Positions 63,831 to 64,000 of a stretch of 64,000 nucleotides of DNA are shown piece after piece. The stretch lies in the sequence record PV467749.1; one strand, 5' to 3'. Under the pieces are notes generated by a model. It was given only the letters and a program-made list of their open reading frames with translations. It made no database searches and was not told the origin of the DNA. This stretch comes from a phage. The position numbers were made by a program, and so were the translations under genes. The stretch's first letter is position 1. Each line of letters starts with the position of its first letter.

Positions 63831-64000
63831 TTACTTACCTTGTTGTTTCAAACGAGCAACTAGTGCAGATGCAGAAAGTTGTTCTTTTGGAGCTTCAGCT
63901 ACTGGTGCTGGTGCAGCAGCTACTGGTTCAGCAGCAGGAGTAGGAGTAGCTACTGGTGCTTGCGGAGCAGGAGTTTGTGCAGGAGCAGGTTGTTGTACTG
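63831..64000 (-). CDS. hypothetical protein, C-terminal part only (Pro/Ala-rich linker; continues past right window edge)
   Basis: Hand translation ...QQPAPAQTPAPQAPVATPTPAAEPVAAAPAPVAEAPKEQLSASALVARLKQQGK-stop; open to window edge. Confidence 0.45.
   Translation of the reverse strand, partial: VQQPAPAQTPAPQAPVATPTPAAEPVAAAPAPVAEAPKEQLSASALVARLKQQGK

Overview
This window reads as a densely packed, AT-rich segment of a T4-like (T-even-type) myovirus genome, with almost every gene on the minus strand. All calls rest on reading the supplied translations and sequence by eye; no database search or computation was run. Recognisable replication, recombination and nucleotide-metabolism genes are UvsX, UvsW, gp41 helicase, gp61 primase, NrdA/NrdB, DHFR, RNase H, Dda, topoisomerase II large and medium subunits, the gp44 clamp loader and two DEDD exonucleases, in an order that differs from T4. 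Between them lie blocks of small genes separated by hairpin terminators. The most notable features are: (1) a cytosine-5 DNA methyltransferase split at its catalytic Cys by a full intein carrying a LAGLIDADG homing endonuclease; (2) ten paralogous small genes sharing an E-E-x-[FY]-F-Q-Q-S-[TL]-[VI] motif; (3) a phage-encoded IF-3 homologue; (4) a NADAR/YbiA-like protein; (5) two small ORFs with DnaE-like motifs; (6) a 78-bp tandem duplication across a gene junction; (7) a plus-strand island of signal-anchored paralogs. Start codons were re-assessed where the ORF track appears to begin at TTG/GTG; terminator and promoter coordinates are approximate (within a few nt).
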